The notes: generated by a model not told the origin, from the letters alone. A DNA stretch of 64,000 bases from a bacterium (GCA_037446635.1 JBBIIG010000010.1:32600-96599); one strand, 5' to 3'; shown: positions 1-10,049, counted from the first letter of the stretch. Numbers and translations: made by a program.

Positions 1-108
1 CAGGAAAGAAACCCAATCGGGTTCGGCGTTCAGCCGTTTGCCATTTTTTGCGGATTTTACGATCGTTTGCGGCTGATCGCTCAAAATAACCGGGGTGTCG
101 TTTTTCAT
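1..108 (-). CDS. N-terminal fragment of an unidentified protein running off the window edge (MKNDTPVILSDQPQTIVKSAKNGKRLNAEPDWVSFL...)
   Basis: ATG at 108-106 on the minus strand preceded by purine-rich AGAGAG; frame open for 36 codons to the edge. Confidence 0.55.
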   Translation of the reverse strand, partial: MKNDTPVILSDQPQTIVKSAKNGKRLNAEPDWVSFL

Positions 109-331
109 AAAGTGCTCTCTTCGGTTTGAAGTTTTTTTTGGATTAGTCCAGAGAAATTACAGAAGAAAGTGGAGTAGAGCAACGGCAAAAAAATCTGGGC
201 CGCAGCTTTCAAAAAACTAACGCATACGATACTTGCAAACAAAACGCTTTGCGCATATTCCCAGCGCGGCAAAGCCGCAGTGATAACTAATCAAGCACGT
301 CTTAACTAAAGGAGGGCGTGCCAATCGAAGC

Positions 332-400
332 GGAGTAACGGAGTAATGGAGTAATGGATCAATGGCAGTTAGTTCCAGTACTCCAAAACTTCATTACTCT
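332..400. repeat. GGAGTAAT-type 8-mer tandem repeat with a downstream imperfect reverse complement
   Basis: GGAGTAAC GGAGTAAT GGAGTAAT GG at 332-357, then TTCCAGTACTCCAAAACTTCATTACTC; a related run occurs at 59041-59065. Confidence 0.7.
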
Positions 401-496
401 AGCTTGATGCCTGGCAATTTTTAGAGTGTCAATTCTTTGCAAAAAAATGCAAACTCTTATTGGGAATACTATAAACAGGCGGCCCCAAAAAAGCCC

Positions 497-525
497 TTGA
501 CTTTTTGAGTTTATACAACTATATT
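497..525 (+). promoter_or_regulatory. sigma70-type promoter of smc
   Basis: TTGACT (497-502), 17 bp, TATATT (520-525). Confidence 0.7.
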
Positions 526-531
526 GCACCA

Positions 532-580
532 CAACTTTATATCGTGGTTAGTGCAGTATCTCACACACTGTATATAGTAT
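532..580. promoter_or_regulatory. Tandem NrdR-box-like operators
   Basis: CAACTTTATATCGTGG (532-547) and ACACTGTATATAGTAT (565-580) resemble acaCwAtATaTwGtgt; starts are 33 bp apart. Confidence 0.55.
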
Positions 581-628
581 CTAAGCCAAATTCTCCAAAT
601 TTAACACCTTTAACAACAGGGGCTAACC

Positions 629-3600
629 TTGTACTTAGAAAGCCTGGAAATTCACGGGTTCAAATCCTTCGGCAAGAAAACCAAATTTAAATTCACCGAC
701 GGCATCACGGCCATTGTGGGGCCGAACGGCTGCGGCAAAAGCAACGTGGTGGATGCGCTGCGCTGGGTTTTGGGCGAGCAAAAGGCTGGCATCATTCGCA
801 GCGAGCGCATGGAAAATGTCATTTTCAACGGCGCCAAAACCATCAAGCCGCTGGGAATGGCGGAGGCCTCGGTGACCATTCAAAATACCAAAAATGTTTT
901 GCCCATCGAATATTCTGAAGTGGTGATCACCCGGCGGCTGTTCCGCTCCGGCGAAAGCCAGTACCTCATCAATCACAGCCCCTGCCGTTTGAAAGACATT
1001 CAGGATTTGTTCATGGACACCGGGCTCGGCCCGGACGCCTATTCCATCATGGAGCTCAGCATGGTGGAGTCGATCATCAACGGCAAGCCGGAAGATCGCC
1101 GCCGAATTTTTGAGGAGGCCGCGGGCGTCACGAAATACAAAGTTCGCCGCAAAGCCGCGCTGCGCAAGTTGGAAGCTACCGAAGCCGATCTCGTGCGCTT
1201 GAACGACATTCTCAGCGAAGTGGAGAAAAACGTTTCTTCGCTGCAGCGGCAGGTGAAACGCGCCCAGCGCTACCAGGAATTGAAAGAAATTCTAAAAGGA
1301 AAAGAAATTCAATTAGCGACGCACGAATTCTCTAAAATCAAAATGGAGCTGGAGCCGCTGTTTGCCAAACTGCACGAGACGCAGGATCAGCGCGCGCAGT
1401 TGACCGCGCAATTCGACGAAAAGGAAGCGCACATCGAACAGGCGCGGCTGACGCTTTTGGAAACCGAGCGGCGGTTGAGCGCCCAGCAAAAGCAGCTCAA
1501 CGAGCTGACGGCGCGCATCCAGAAAAAAGAGGAAGAAATTCTGGTGGACCGCGAGCGCCGCAAAGCCCTCGAAGAAGCGAAGGTGCGCTTGTTGCGCGAT
1601 AAAGAAGAAGTCGCGGCGCGCATCGAAAAAACTCAAATCGAAATTGGCCATCTCAAAGAAAATCTGCAGGGGTTGTTTGAAAAAATTCAGGCGGCGGAAA
1701 GCGACTTTCAAGATAAGAATGTGAATTTGAAAGCAATGGAAGTCAATGTGCAGGATCGCCGCGACAAATTGAAAGGGATCGAAAAGCAGCGCCTGCTGGC
1801 CGCGGAGAGTCTGACCAAAAGCAAGCAGGAAGAAGAGCGCATTCGCACGCAATTGGAAAACCTCGCGGCGCGCATCGCGGCCATCGATCGCGAGCTGGAG
1901 GAGAGCGAATTGCTGGAACGGGTGCGGCAGGATAAGATCGAAAACCTCAACACCAGGCGCGGCGAATTGACCTCGCACTTGCAGCAGATGCGCAGCGCGC
2001 AGTCGGCCCTGCAAAAGCAGATGCAGAATTTGAAATCGGAAAAGGAAAATCTTAAGGAACAAATTCTGAACCGGCGCGCCGAATTGCAAACGTTGAAAGA
2101 ACGCATCGAGCTTTTGAAAAAATTTATCGAGTCGTATGAAGATCACCCCGAGGGCGTGCAGCATCTTTTGCTGCAGGGCTATTTGAACGGCAATTGTAAA
2201 GGCACGCTGGCGGAAAATCTCACCGTGGAATCGCAGTACCGGCGCGCCATCGAAACCGCGCTGGGCGAGGCGGCGGTTTCGCTGATTGTTGATGAAACCG
2301 ATCAGGCGCTGCAGTGCATCGACGTGCTGCGCTCGTCGGAGAAAGGCGCGGTAACGTTTTTCCCGCTCGATAAATTTCGCGGTTACCGCAACGGCCGCAC
2401 TGCCCGCAACGAGGAAATCCGATCCAGCCTCGGCGCCGGCGTGATCGATTGGGCGTACAATCTCGTCAATTGCAGCGACGATTACCGCCGGCTGGTGGAG
2501 GCGCTGCTGGCCGATTATCTGATCGTCTCCGATCTCGAAACCGCGAAATCGCAGGCCGAGCGCCTGCACGATCACCGCATCAGCTTGATCACCCTCAGCG
2601 GCGAAGTCATCTCCACCTGGGGTTTGATCAAAGGCGGGGCGCAGGGCGAAAGCGGCGTCATTGGCCGCAAAGCGCTGGTGGAAGAATTGGAAACGAAATC
2701 AAAAAATTTGTTTGCGCAATTGGAAGACGAAGAACGCCGGCATCACGATCTCGAAATTCAATACCAGGAATCGTTCAACCGCGATCAGGATCTCTCGCAA
2801 CAAATTAAATCCAAAGAATCTGAAATCACCGAAACCGAAGTGCAATTGGCGCAGCTTCATTTCGAGTCCAAAAAGGATTTTGAATTGCGCGAGCGCCTTT
2901 CAAAGGAAAAGGAAACCCACCGCCAAACTCAGGTTGAATTGCAGGAGAAAATTTCTGTGATGGCGCCCGCGCTCGACGGCGTCGAAATCAGCCGCGGAAA
3001 ATTCAACGCTGAGTTCCAGCAAATTTCTGACGAGCTCCTGCAACTGGAAACGCAGCTCGAGGAATACCGCGCGGTGGTGCAGGACAGCCGGGTGAAGCTG
3101 GCGGATTTGAAAAGCGAGGAGCGGCACGTGCAGGAAGATATCAGCCGGCAGCAGGAGTTCATTCGCGAGTGGCGCGCCACGCTGCAGCGCCACGCCGATG
3201 AAATAGCCGCCGCCGAAAATGAGTCGGTGGAATTGGAAAAACGCATCGAGTTGAACAAGCAGTCGATTGCGGCGGAGCTGGACGAGCGCATGAAAATGGA
3301 AGCCGACGTGCTGCAGCTCGAACAGTATTACGCCGGCGAGAAAGAGAAAATCGATGTTCAGGACAAATTGGTGAAGCAGATCCGCAACGAGCGCGACGCG
3401 GTTTCCGAGACGCTGCACAGCGCCGAGCTGCGCGCCTCGGAGTTGAAGATGCAGGCGGAGCGTATCAAAGAAAGAATTAAAGAAGAATATAAAATTGAAA
3501 TTCAGGCCGGGCCAATTGACGAAACTTTGGATATCGCCGCGCTCGCCGAAGACATTGCCGCGATGAAAGATCGCATTGCGGCGATGGAGCCGGTCAATTT

Positions 3601-4213
3601 GTTGGCGCTCAAGGAATTCGAAAAAGAGAAAGAACGGCTCGATTTTCTGACGGCGCAGAAAAACGATCTCATCACCGCGGAAAACAACCTCAAAGACACC
3701 ATCCGCGTCATCAACAAAACCGCGCGCGAGCAGTTTTTGGCGGTGTTTGGACAAATTCAAAAAAATTTCGCGGACGTGTTCGCCGGATTTTTTACCAACG
3801 GCAAGGCCGCTCTGAAATTAGCCGACAACGAAGATCCGCTGGAAGCTGAAATTCTCATCGAAGCCGACCCCAAAGGCCGGCGGGTGGCGGCGCTGTCGTT
3901 GCTATCCGGCGGCGAAAAAGCGCTGACCGCCATTTCGCTGCTGTTCGCCATTTATCTCGTTAAGCCCAGCCCGTTCTGCATCCTCGACGAAGTGGATGCG
4001 CCGCTGGACGATTCCAACATCGGGCGCTTTGTCAACGCCATCCGCAAGTTTTCCAACAACACCCAGTTCATCGTGGTCACCCACAACAAGCTGACGATGC
4101 GCGCCGCGGATTGTCTGTACGGCATCACCATGGAAGAGGAGGGGGTGTCGAAAGTGGTGTCGGTGAATTTCAAGGACATGGAGGTGGGGGAGCGGCCGGC
4201 CAAGGCGGCGTAA
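629..4213 (+). CDS. smc: Chromosome segregation protein SMC
   Basis: Walker [10 protein letters not shown], long coiled coils with a central hinge, signature LSGGEK, Walker B/D-loop [12 protein letters not shown] start. Confidence 0.97.
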   Translation: MYLESLEIHGFKSFGKKTKFKFTDGITAIVGPNGCGKSNVVDALRWVLGEQKAGIIRSERMENVIFNGAKTIKPLGMAEASVTIQNTKNVLPIEYSEVVITRRLFRSGESQYLINHSPCRLKDIQDLFMDTGLGPDAYSIMELSMVESIINGKPEDRRRIFEEAAGVTKYKVRRKAALRKLEATEADLVRLNDILSEVEKNVSSLQRQVKRAQRYQELKEILKGKEIQLATHEFSKIKMELEPLFAKLHETQDQRAQLTAQFDEKEAHIEQARLTLLETERRLSAQQKQLNELTARIQKKEEEILVDRERRKALEEAKVRLLRDKEEVAARIEKTQIEIGHLKENLQGLFEKIQAAESDFQDKNVNLKAMEVNVQDRRDKLKGIEKQRLLAAESLTKSKQEEERIRTQLENLAARIAAIDRELEESELLERVRQDKIENLNTRRGELTSHLQQMRSAQSALQKQMQNLKSEKENLKEQILNRRAELQTLKERIELLKKFIESYEDHPEGVQHLLLQGYLNGNCKGTLAENLTVESQYRRAIETALGEAAVSLIVDETDQALQCIDVLRSSEKGAVTFFPLDKFRGYRNGRTARNEEIRSSLGAGVIDWAYNLVNCSDDYRRLVEALLADYLIVSDLETAKSQAERLHDHRISLITLSGEVISTWGLIKGGAQGESGVIGRKALVEELETKSKNLFAQLEDEERRHHDLEIQYQESFNRDQDLSQQIKSKESEITETEVQLAQLHFESKKDFELRERLSKEKETHRQTQVELQEKISVMAPALDGVEISRGKFNAEFQQISDELLQLETQLEEYRAVVQDSRVKLADLKSEERHVQEDISRQQEFIREWRATLQRHADEIAAAENESVELEKRIELNKQSIAAELDERMKMEADVLQLEQYYAGEKEKIDVQDKLVKQIRNERDAVSETLHSAELRASELKMQAERIKERIKEEYKIEIQAGPIDETLDIAALAEDIAAMKDRIAAMEPVNLLALKEFEKEKERLDFLTAQKNDLITAENNLKDTIRVINKTAREQFLAVFGQIQKNFADVFAGFFTNGKAALKLADNEDPLEAEILIEADPKGRRVAALSLLSGGEKALTAISLLFAIYLVKPSPFCILDEVDAPLDDSNIGRFVNAIRKFSNNTQFIVVTHNKLTMRAADCLYGITMEEEGVSKVVSVNFKDMEVGERPAKAA

Positions 4214-4244
4214 TCCGTCCATTTCGATATAAATTAGAATGCCG

Positions 4245-4280
4245 CCCCGGAGTCACTAAAGACTTCGGGGTTTTTGTTTT
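4245..4280 (+). terminator. Intrinsic terminator after smc
   Basis: CCCCGGAGTC-loop-GACTTCGGGG followed by TTTTTGTTTT. Confidence 0.8.
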
Positions 4281-4298
4281 GTGCAAACTTTTCTTGAC

Positions 4299-4327
4299 TT
4301 GACTTGACAAGATATCTTATGTAAAAT
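4299..4327 (+). promoter_or_regulatory. sigma70-type promoter of the TA operon with a palindrome in the spacer
   Basis: TTGACT (4299-4304), 17 bp, TAAAAT (4322-4327); AAGATATCTT palindrome at 4309-4318 is a candidate operator. Confidence 0.55.
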
Positions 4328-4359
4328 CTTAACGGTAAATTTCTTGAGAGAGGTACAAA

Positions 4360-4593
4360 ATGAAAGAAAGAGTTTCTGTAAATCCCAACATTCACTTTGG
4401 GAAGCCTTGTGTGACCGGCACTCGAATTACCGTGCAGAGTGTTTTAGAGTTGGTAAAAGAGGGACTTCCCTTTGAAGAAATAATTCAGGACTATTATCCC
4501 GATCTTGAACCGGAAGATATTAAAGCCTGTATCCAGTACGCTATGGATGTCATTGAAGCGGAAGATATCCACATCACAACGGCAGCAGCATGA
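4360..4593 (+). CDS. DUF433 family antitoxin
   Basis: 77 aa, NPNIHFGKPCVTGTRITV...YPDLEPEDIKACIQYA; ATGA overlap with the downstream PIN gene. Confidence 0.9.
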   Translation: MKERVSVNPNIHFGKPCVTGTRITVQSVLELVKEGLPFEEIIQDYYPDLEPEDIKACIQYAMDVIEAEDIHITTAAA

Positions 4594-4942
4594 AATTTCT
4601 TCTGGATCAAGATGTTTACTCGGTATCACGGAAATTTCTAATAAGCTTAAAACATGACGTTGTGCCAGTAGCTCATTTTGGCCTATCACGGGCAGACGAC
4701 GCCGACTTACTCAAGCGAGCAGAGAAGGAGAATCGAATATTTGTAACAAGGGATAGAGATTTTGGAAATCTGGTTTTTGTGAGCGGGTTAAAAACTGGCG
4801 TCATTTATCTCCGCATACTACCTTTACTATACACTCTGTACACGAAGAACTTCAGAGAGTATTGAAATCGTATTCTGAAAATGAGTTGAAGAAAGCTTTT
4901 GTTGTAGTTGAATCTGGAAGACATAGATTTAGAAAGCTTTGA
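4590..4942 (+). pseudogene. DUF5615 (VapC45-like) PIN toxin, frameshifted near 4823-4825
   Basis: MKFLLDQDV...FVTRDRDFG...GVIYLR in frame to 4865; the family-typical C-terminus TIHSVHEELQRVL...AFVVVESGRHRFRKL continues in the -1 frame to TGA 4940-4942. Confidence 0.8.
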
Positions 4943-5007
4943 ACTTAGCCCCCACCATCGAACCCGACAAACACCGCCTGCGAGTTTAGACTAAATGTAA
5001 CGTAACC

Positions 5008-5029
5008 CCGGAGCAATCCGGTTTTTTTT
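5008..5029 (+). terminator. Intrinsic terminator after the TA pair
   Basis: CCGGA-GCAA-TCCGG followed by T8. Confidence 0.75.
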
Positions 5030-5090
5030 AAGCTGTACATTTTCTCACACGCTTAATCCACTCATCCCGTTTTCTCCCTTTGACATACAT

Positions 5091-5117
5091 TAATGTTTAA
5101 CCATTTGATGCCGATGT
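5091..5117 (+). promoter_or_regulatory. sigma28 (FliA/SigD/WhiG)-like promoter of the first pilus operon
   Basis: TAATGTTT-N11-GCCGATGT versus consensus TAAAGTTT-N11-GCCGATAA. Confidence 0.55.
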
Positions 5118-5158
5118 ACCATTTGTAAAAAGTAACTTATGGTTTTAAAATAGAAGGA

Positions 5159-5422
5159 TTGACGATGAAGAGTATCATGTGGTTGAGCAGTTCTGAGGTG
5201 ACCCGCCGGCTCGATATCAGTCTGCGGCAGCTTTACTATTGGGAATTGAAGGGCATCGTGCGCCCGCGAATGATCACGATGGGCTCGCGCGAATTCAAGC
5301 GCTATTCGGGCCGCGATTTGGAAAAACTGCGCCGAATCAAAGAATTCTTGGACCAGGGATATACTCTCAATAGCGCCGTGCAGCGCGTGCAAACGCTCGA
5401 AACCGTAAAGGTCGAGCCATGA
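5159..5422 (+). CDS. Small MerR-type winged-HTH DNA-binding protein (no effector domain)
   Basis: SEVTRRLDISLRQLYYWELKGIVRP...KRYSGRDLEKLRRIKEFLDQGYTL; 87 aa. Confidence 0.85.
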   Translation: MTMKSIMWLSSSEVTRRLDISLRQLYYWELKGIVRPRMITMGSREFKRYSGRDLEKLRRIKEFLDQGYTLNSAVQRVQTLETVKVEP

Positions 5423-6192
5423 TGTTGTTGCAATCGGGGATGCTCTTTGCGCTGGGCGCGATCGTCGGCAGCTTTCTCAACGTTTGCATTTACCGGCTGC
5501 CGCGCCGCGAATCGGTGGTCTGGCCCGGCTCCAGTTGTCCGAAGTGCAAAACCCGCATTCCGCTGTGGCTGAATTTGCCGATTTTGAGTTACCTCTTTTT
5601 GCGCGGCAAATGCCGATACTGCAAGCGACCCATTCCCATCACCTACCCGCTGGTGGAGTTGATGACCGGGGCGCTGTTGGCGCTTTTGTGGCAATTTTAC
5701 GGACTCAGCCCGTCGTTTGTGCACTATGCCATTTTAATTTTGCTGCTGCTGCCGATCACCTTCATCGACCTGAAACACAAGTTGATTTTGAACGTGCTCA
5801 CTTTCCCCGGCATCGCCCTGGGAATCGCTTTGTCGCTGGCGCTCGGCCTGAAAACATTGCCGCAGGTTTTGCTCGGCCTGGTCTTAGGCGGCGGCTTCCT
5901 TTTGGCGGTGGCCTACGCCGGCAAATGGATTTTTAAGCAGGAAAGCATGGGCGGCGGCGACATCAAATTGGGGGCGATGATCGGCGTGTTCATCGGCCCG
6001 GAGGTTTTGATTGCGCTCTTCCTGGCCTTTTTTCTGGCGCTGCCGGTGATTGCGGTTGGCATGAGCTCCGGGCGCTTGCGCCTGGGCAGCACCGTGCCGT
6101 TCGGCCCCTTCATCGCTTTGGCGACGGTGGTGATCATCTGCTTTGGGCCGGCGTTGTATCGCCTGTACTTCAGCCTGTTTGGATATTTATAA
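5419..6192 (+). CDS. pilD: Prepilin peptidase (A24A)
   Basis: GSFLNVCIYRLP, two CxxC pairs (CPKC, CRYC), catalytic FID and MGGGDIKL, PFGPF. Confidence 0.95.
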   Translation: MMLLQSGMLFALGAIVGSFLNVCIYRLPRRESVVWPGSSCPKCKTRIPLWLNLPILSYLFLRGKCRYCKRPIPITYPLVELMTGALLALLWQFYGLSPSFVHYAILILLLLPITFIDLKHKLILNVLTFPGIALGIALSLALGLKTLPQVLLGLVLGGGFLLAVAYAGKWIFKQESMGGGDIKLGAMIGVFIGPEVLIALFLAFFLALPVIAVGMSSGRLRLGSTVPFGPFIALATVVIICFGPALYRLYFSLFGYL

Positions 6193-6201
6193 TTTAATTC
6201 G

Positions 6202-7707
6202 ATGAATCGAAGAGACGACATAGACGCCAAAGTACGCGGCAGGCTTAAAGCCGCGGGCGATTTTCGAACGCATTTTTACGAAGACTTGAGAGAGACGCTG
6301 GTGGATTTATGCGGCGATTGGTGCGCGGCCACTTTGTCTTTGGATGGCGCTATTCACATTACCACGCGCCGGCCGCTCTCCAAAGAAAACGTGCAGCAGG
6401 TGCACGAAAAAATGAGCGGGCATTCCAGGCAAAATGGCGCTGTTCCGCGGCCGTGTTTTGTCAACGGCCAGCCTCTCAGCCGCTACCATTTTGATCATTC
6501 AGCGCCGCCATTTCAGCAGGAGTTGGTTGCGCCGCTGTCCGCCCAAAATCATCGAGTCGGAAATTTATTTGTTGGGAGTTTTGATCACCCCCTCGACGCC
6601 CGCCGCCAGCGTTTGCTGCGCAAGTTGGCGCGGGCTCTGCCCCGTGCGCTGCGCCATGCCAAGTATTTAGCCAAGCGCAAAAAAGAGGCGTTTGAGCTGC
6701 TCGCAGCCCGCACCATCGAAGGTCTGATTTTGTGCGATCCCGGGATGCGCATCCAATATCTCAATAACGCTGCGCGACAATTGCTGAATCTCCCAAGCGA
6801 TCAAAAAATAGTAGGCGAGCCATTGGGCCAGCTCAACGTCAGCTATTTGAACGATTTTATTGAGGAAGCCCGGCGCGAAGGTTTGCTCGAACTCAATAAA
6901 ATCTTCACCCCGATGCACCAACCATCGCTGCTGGTGGGCGCGCATATCGAGCTGCTAAAAAATTCCCGCAACCAAAAAGTCGGCTGGATGATCGATCTGC
7001 GCGACGTCTCGAAAAATTGGCAAAACGATCAGTTGCGCTCGGCGCTTGTCCTCGCCAGTCACGAAATGAAAACGCCGCTCAATTCCATCAAGAACGCCGT
7101 CGAGCTGCTGTTGGAAACGAGCCTTGGCGAATTGAACGACCAGCAGAAGCGCTGCCTGCACTTAGTAAAAGACGACGCCGTTCGACTCAATCGCTTGCTC
7201 AGCGATATTTTAGATCTGTCGCGTTTCGACGCCGGTATCCCGTTTCTCGACCGCCGCAGAGAAATTGCGCTGCCGATCTTGATTGACAAGGCGATCGAAT
7301 CCTTCCAGGCCTTTGCGCAGTCCAAGAACATCAAAATTGAAAATCAGGTTTCGCCCACGTTTCCGACTTTCAACGGGCTGCGCGATCGTTTGCAGCAGGT
7401 GCTCGCGAATTTGCTGGAGAACGGCATCAAATACACTTTGCCGGGAGGCTCGGTTACCTTGCAAGCGGAACTGGATGATAAGCATCTGATCTTTACCGTG
7501 AAGGATACCGGCGTCGGCATCCCGGCCAGCGAGCGTGAAAGTATCTTTGAACGGTTCAAGCAGCTCGACAATTATCCCGGCGGCAAACAGGGGTTTGGAT
7601 TGGGCCTGAGCATTTCCAAAGAAATCATCGAAGCCATGGGCGGAAAAATTTGGGTAGAAAGTCAAGTTGGTGTGGGAAGCTCATTTCACTTTAAAATACC
7701 GGTGTAA
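6202..7707 (+). CDS. Soluble sensor histidine kinase (GAF-like, PAS, HisKA, HATPase)
   Basis: H-box SHEMKTPL, N-box NLLENGIKY, DTGVGI, GFGLGLSI; no hydrophobic TM segment. Confidence 0.9.
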   Translation: MNRRDDIDAKVRGRLKAAGDFRTHFYEDLRETLVDLCGDWCAATLSLDGAIHITTRRPLSKENVQQVHEKMSGHSRQNGAVPRPCFVNGQPLSRYHFDHSAPPFQQELVAPLSAQNHRVGNLFVGSFDHPLDARRQRLLRKLARALPRALRHAKYLAKRKKEAFELLAARTIEGLILCDPGMRIQYLNNAARQLLNLPSDQKIVGEPLGQLNVSYLNDFIEEARREGLLELNKIFTPMHQPSLLVGAHIELLKNSRNQKVGWMIDLRDVSKNWQNDQLRSALVLASHEMKTPLNSIKNAVELLLETSLGELNDQQKRCLHLVKDDAVRLNRLLSDILDLSRFDAGIPFLDRRREIALPILIDKAIESFQAFAQSKNIKIENQVSPTFPTFNGLRDRLQQVLANLLENGIKYTLPGGSVTLQAELDDKHLIFTVKDTGVGIPASERESIFERFKQLDNYPGGKQGFGLGLSISKEIIEAMGGKIWVESQVGVGSSFHFKIPV

Positions 7708-7709
7708 CT

Positions 7710-8090
7710 ATGGGGAAGAAAAAAGTTCTAATAATTGAAGACTACATCAACATCGTTGAGATTTTAACGATGCGGCTGCGGGCCATGGGCTACGACGTCG
7801 TTGCGGCGTATGATGGCCAGGAAGGCTTGAATCTGGCGCGGCGGGAAAACCCCGATCTCATCATCCTCGACGTTCTGCTTCCGAAAATCAACGGTTACAA
7901 AGTCTGCCGCTTGTTGAAATTCGATTCGAAGTACAAGCACATTCCCATTATTATGCTCACGTCGCGGGAAACCAAGAGCCACGAAGATTTAGGGCGCGAG
8001 ACCGGCGCCGACGAGTACGTTTACAAGTCCGATCAAAAGGGCACGCTGTTAAAATTAATTCGCAAATATTTGGCGCCGGCAGCGGCGTGA
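7710..8090 (+). CDS. Stand-alone response regulator receiver
   Basis: IIED, DLIILDVLLP, IMLTS, GADEYVYK; 126 aa with no output domain. Confidence 0.9.
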   Translation: MGKKKVLIIEDYINIVEILTMRLRAMGYDVVAAYDGQEGLNLARRENPDLIILDVLLPKINGYKVCRLLKFDSKYKHIPIIMLTSRETKSHEDLGRETGADEYVYKSDQKGTLLKLIRKYLAPAAA

Positions 8091-8180
8091 AAAATCATTT
8101 TTTAGTGAATACTAAAGAATTGCAATCCGTCGAAGCCAGCACACCCCCGTTTGTTTGCCGCCGGGTCTTTCTGCCCAAAA

Positions 8181-8201
8181 AACACCGTCGAAGACGGTGT
8201 T
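8181..8201. repeat. REP-like palindrome ACACCGT-N5-ACGGTGT, copy 1
   Basis: AACACCGTCGAAGACGGTGTT; related copies at 14853-14883 and 57521-57541. Confidence 0.75.
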
Positions 8202-8226
8202 GGATCATGATAAAGTAAGGTGAGCT

Positions 8227-9930
8227 TTGGTTAAAGAAGACGACAGAAAATTTGGCGAGCTGCTGGTGCGGGATGGCCTGCTCACGCCAGCGCAGTTAAC
8301 GGAACTGCTTCATTACAAAAATTACAATGAAGACGATTTCGCGCAAATTCTGATCAACAAAGGCGTCGCCAGCAGCAAGCAGATTTATCAGCACCTGGCC
8401 GATTTCATGAACCTGCCGTTCATCGATTTACAGGATTATGACATCGATTCGAGCGTGCTGGAAATCGTTCCCAAAGATTTAGCCTACAAATTTAAAGTCC
8501 TACCGGTTTTTAAAATCGCAAACAGCTTGACCGTTGCCATGGCCAACCCCAGCAACGTGCAGGTCATCGATACCTTGCGCCGCGAGACCGGCTGCAATAT
8601 CGAGCCGGCGGTGAGCCTGGAAACGGATCTCCAGCACAGCCTGCAGAAATATTACGGCCACATCGAAAACTTCGATGATACGCTGGACGAAGTTATTCAA
8701 GACATCGAAAGCGTTAAGCCGAAAGAAGAAGAGGATTCGGCGGAAAAGCTCAAACAGCTCAGCGCGCAGGCGCCGGTGGTCAAGCTGGTGAATTTGATCA
8801 TCTCGCAGGCCATCCATGATCGCGCCAGCGATATTCACATCGAGCCGGAACACAAGAGTTTGCAAGTGCGCTACCGCATCGATGGCATTTTGCACGAAGC
8901 GCTCAGTCCTCCCAAACATTTGCAGGCGGCGATCATTTCGCGGTTGAAAATTCTGGCGCAATTGGATATCGCCGAAAGCCGCGTCCCGCAGGACGGTCGC
9001 TTTCAGGTGACGGTGCAGGGGCGGGAGATCGATATTCGCGTTTCCACGCTGCCAACGGTTTATGGCGAAAATGTGGTGCTGCGTCTGCTCGATAAAAGCA
9101 GCTTGATGTTGAACCTCGAGGAGTTGGGCTTTGAGCCGGAACCGCTGCGGCTTTTTAAAGAAATGCTCGCCAGCTCCTACGGGGTAATTTTGGTGAGCGG
9201 TCCCACCGGCAGCGGCAAAACCACCACCCTGTATTCGGCGCTGCAAACCATCAATACGCCGGACAAAAACATCATCACGATTGAAGACCCGGTGGAGTAC
9301 CGGCTAAAACGCATCCGGCAGTCGCAGGTGAACGTCAAAGCCGGGCTGACTTTTGCCAGCGGTTTGCGCTCGATTTTGCGGCAGGACCCCGACGTCATCA
9401 TGGTGGGCGAAATCCGCGATCAGGAGACGGCCAAGATCGCCGTGGAAGCCGCGCTCACCGGCCACCTCGTGCTTTCGACGATTCACACGAACGATGCGCC
9501 CGGCGGCCTCACCCGTTTGACGGAAATGGGCGTCGAGCCGTTTCTCACCGCCTCGGCCACCATTGGCATCGTGGCGCAGCGATTGGTGCGCAAGCTGTGT
9601 GAGCAGTGCAAAAAGCCCTACCAACCCAACAGCATCGCGCTCAAGGAGCTAAACTTGAAAAATGAGATCGTAAAGGACGTCGTCCTTTATCGCGGCGAGG
9701 GCTGCAGCGCCTGCCGCAACACCGGCTACAAAGGCCGGCTGGGCATTTATGAAGTGATGACCATCAATCAGGAAATTCAGGAATTGGCGTTGAGCCACTC
9801 CGCTTCCGCCCAGATCAAGCGCGCCGCGTTCCGCAACGGCATGCGCAGCCTGCGGCAGGACGGCCTGGCGAAGGCCTTGAAAGGCGTCACCTCTCTCGAA
9901 GAAGTTATTCGCGTTACCAACGTCGATTGA
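8227..9930 (+). CDS. pilB: Type IV pilus extension ATPase (PilB/MshE/GspE family)
   Basis: N-terminal MshEN-like region, ASDIHIEP, GPTGSGKTTT, LRQDPDVIMVGEIRD, STIHTND, CxxC...CxxC. Confidence 0.93.
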   Translation: MVKEDDRKFGELLVRDGLLTPAQLTELLHYKNYNEDDFAQILINKGVASSKQIYQHLADFMNLPFIDLQDYDIDSSVLEIVPKDLAYKFKVLPVFKIANSLTVAMANPSNVQVIDTLRRETGCNIEPAVSLETDLQHSLQKYYGHIENFDDTLDEVIQDIESVKPKEEEDSAEKLKQLSAQAPVVKLVNLIISQAIHDRASDIHIEPEHKSLQVRYRIDGILHEALSPPKHLQAAIISRLKILAQLDIAESRVPQDGRFQVTVQGREIDIRVSTLPTVYGENVVLRLLDKSSLMLNLEELGFEPEPLRLFKEMLASSYGVILVSGPTGSGKTTTLYSALQTINTPDKNIITIEDPVEYRLKRIRQSQVNVKAGLTFASGLRSILRQDPDVIMVGEIRDQETAKIAVEAALTGHLVLSTIHTNDAPGGLTRLTEMGVEPFLTASATIGIVAQRLVRKLCEQCKKPYQPNSIALKELNLKNEIVKDVVLYRGEGCSACRNTGYKGRLGIYEVMTINQEIQELALSHSASAQIKRAAFRNGMRSLRQDGLAKALKGVTSLEEVIRVTNVD

Positions 9931-9963
9931 ACGAGCACGTAACTCAAAGCTCCGCTTTGAGTA

Positions 9964-9981
9964 GCAAACCAGAGGGTTTGC
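9964..9981 (+). terminator. Hairpin after pilB, possible terminator
   Basis: GCAAACC-AGAG-GGTTTGC; weak U-tract. Confidence 0.4.
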
Positions 9982-9983
9982 GT

Positions 9984-10010
9984 TACAGTTTGGGTTCGAT
10001 CTGACGATAG
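9984..10010 (+). promoter_or_regulatory. sigma28-like promoter of the sigma54 activator gene
   Basis: TACAGTTT-N11-GACGATAG, consensus spacing. Confidence 0.5.
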
Positions 10011-10049
10011 AAGGACAAAGGATTGATGAAAACTTAGGATGGAGTTCTA

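Noticed and set aside
230..300. GCAAA/GGCAAAGCC motifs as a c-di-GMP riboswitch
   Set aside because: The required two-stem arrangement and spacing are not present; only a small GCGGC-AAA-GCCGC hairpin
332..400. GGAGTAAT repeats as a CRISPR array
   Set aside because: 8-bp units with no spacers and no cas genes in the window
505..690. 61-aa ORF upstream of smc
   Set aside because: Starts inside the promoter spacer, overlaps operator-like boxes and smc, no RBS or recognisable motif
1313..3760. Long antisense ORFs (420 aa, 286 aa) within smc, and similar ones opposite pilB, M23, speB and rlmD
   Set aside because: Shadow frames expected from GC-rich codon usage; fully overlap well-supported genes
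5080..5110. TTGACA as the -35 of a sigma70 or MerR-type promoter
   Set aside because: No credible -10 at 16-19 bp spacing; the sigma28-like match fits better
8113..8136. TAAAGAAT...GTCGAAGC as a sigma28 promoter for pilB
   Set aside because: Spacing is 8 rather than 11 and the -10 is poor
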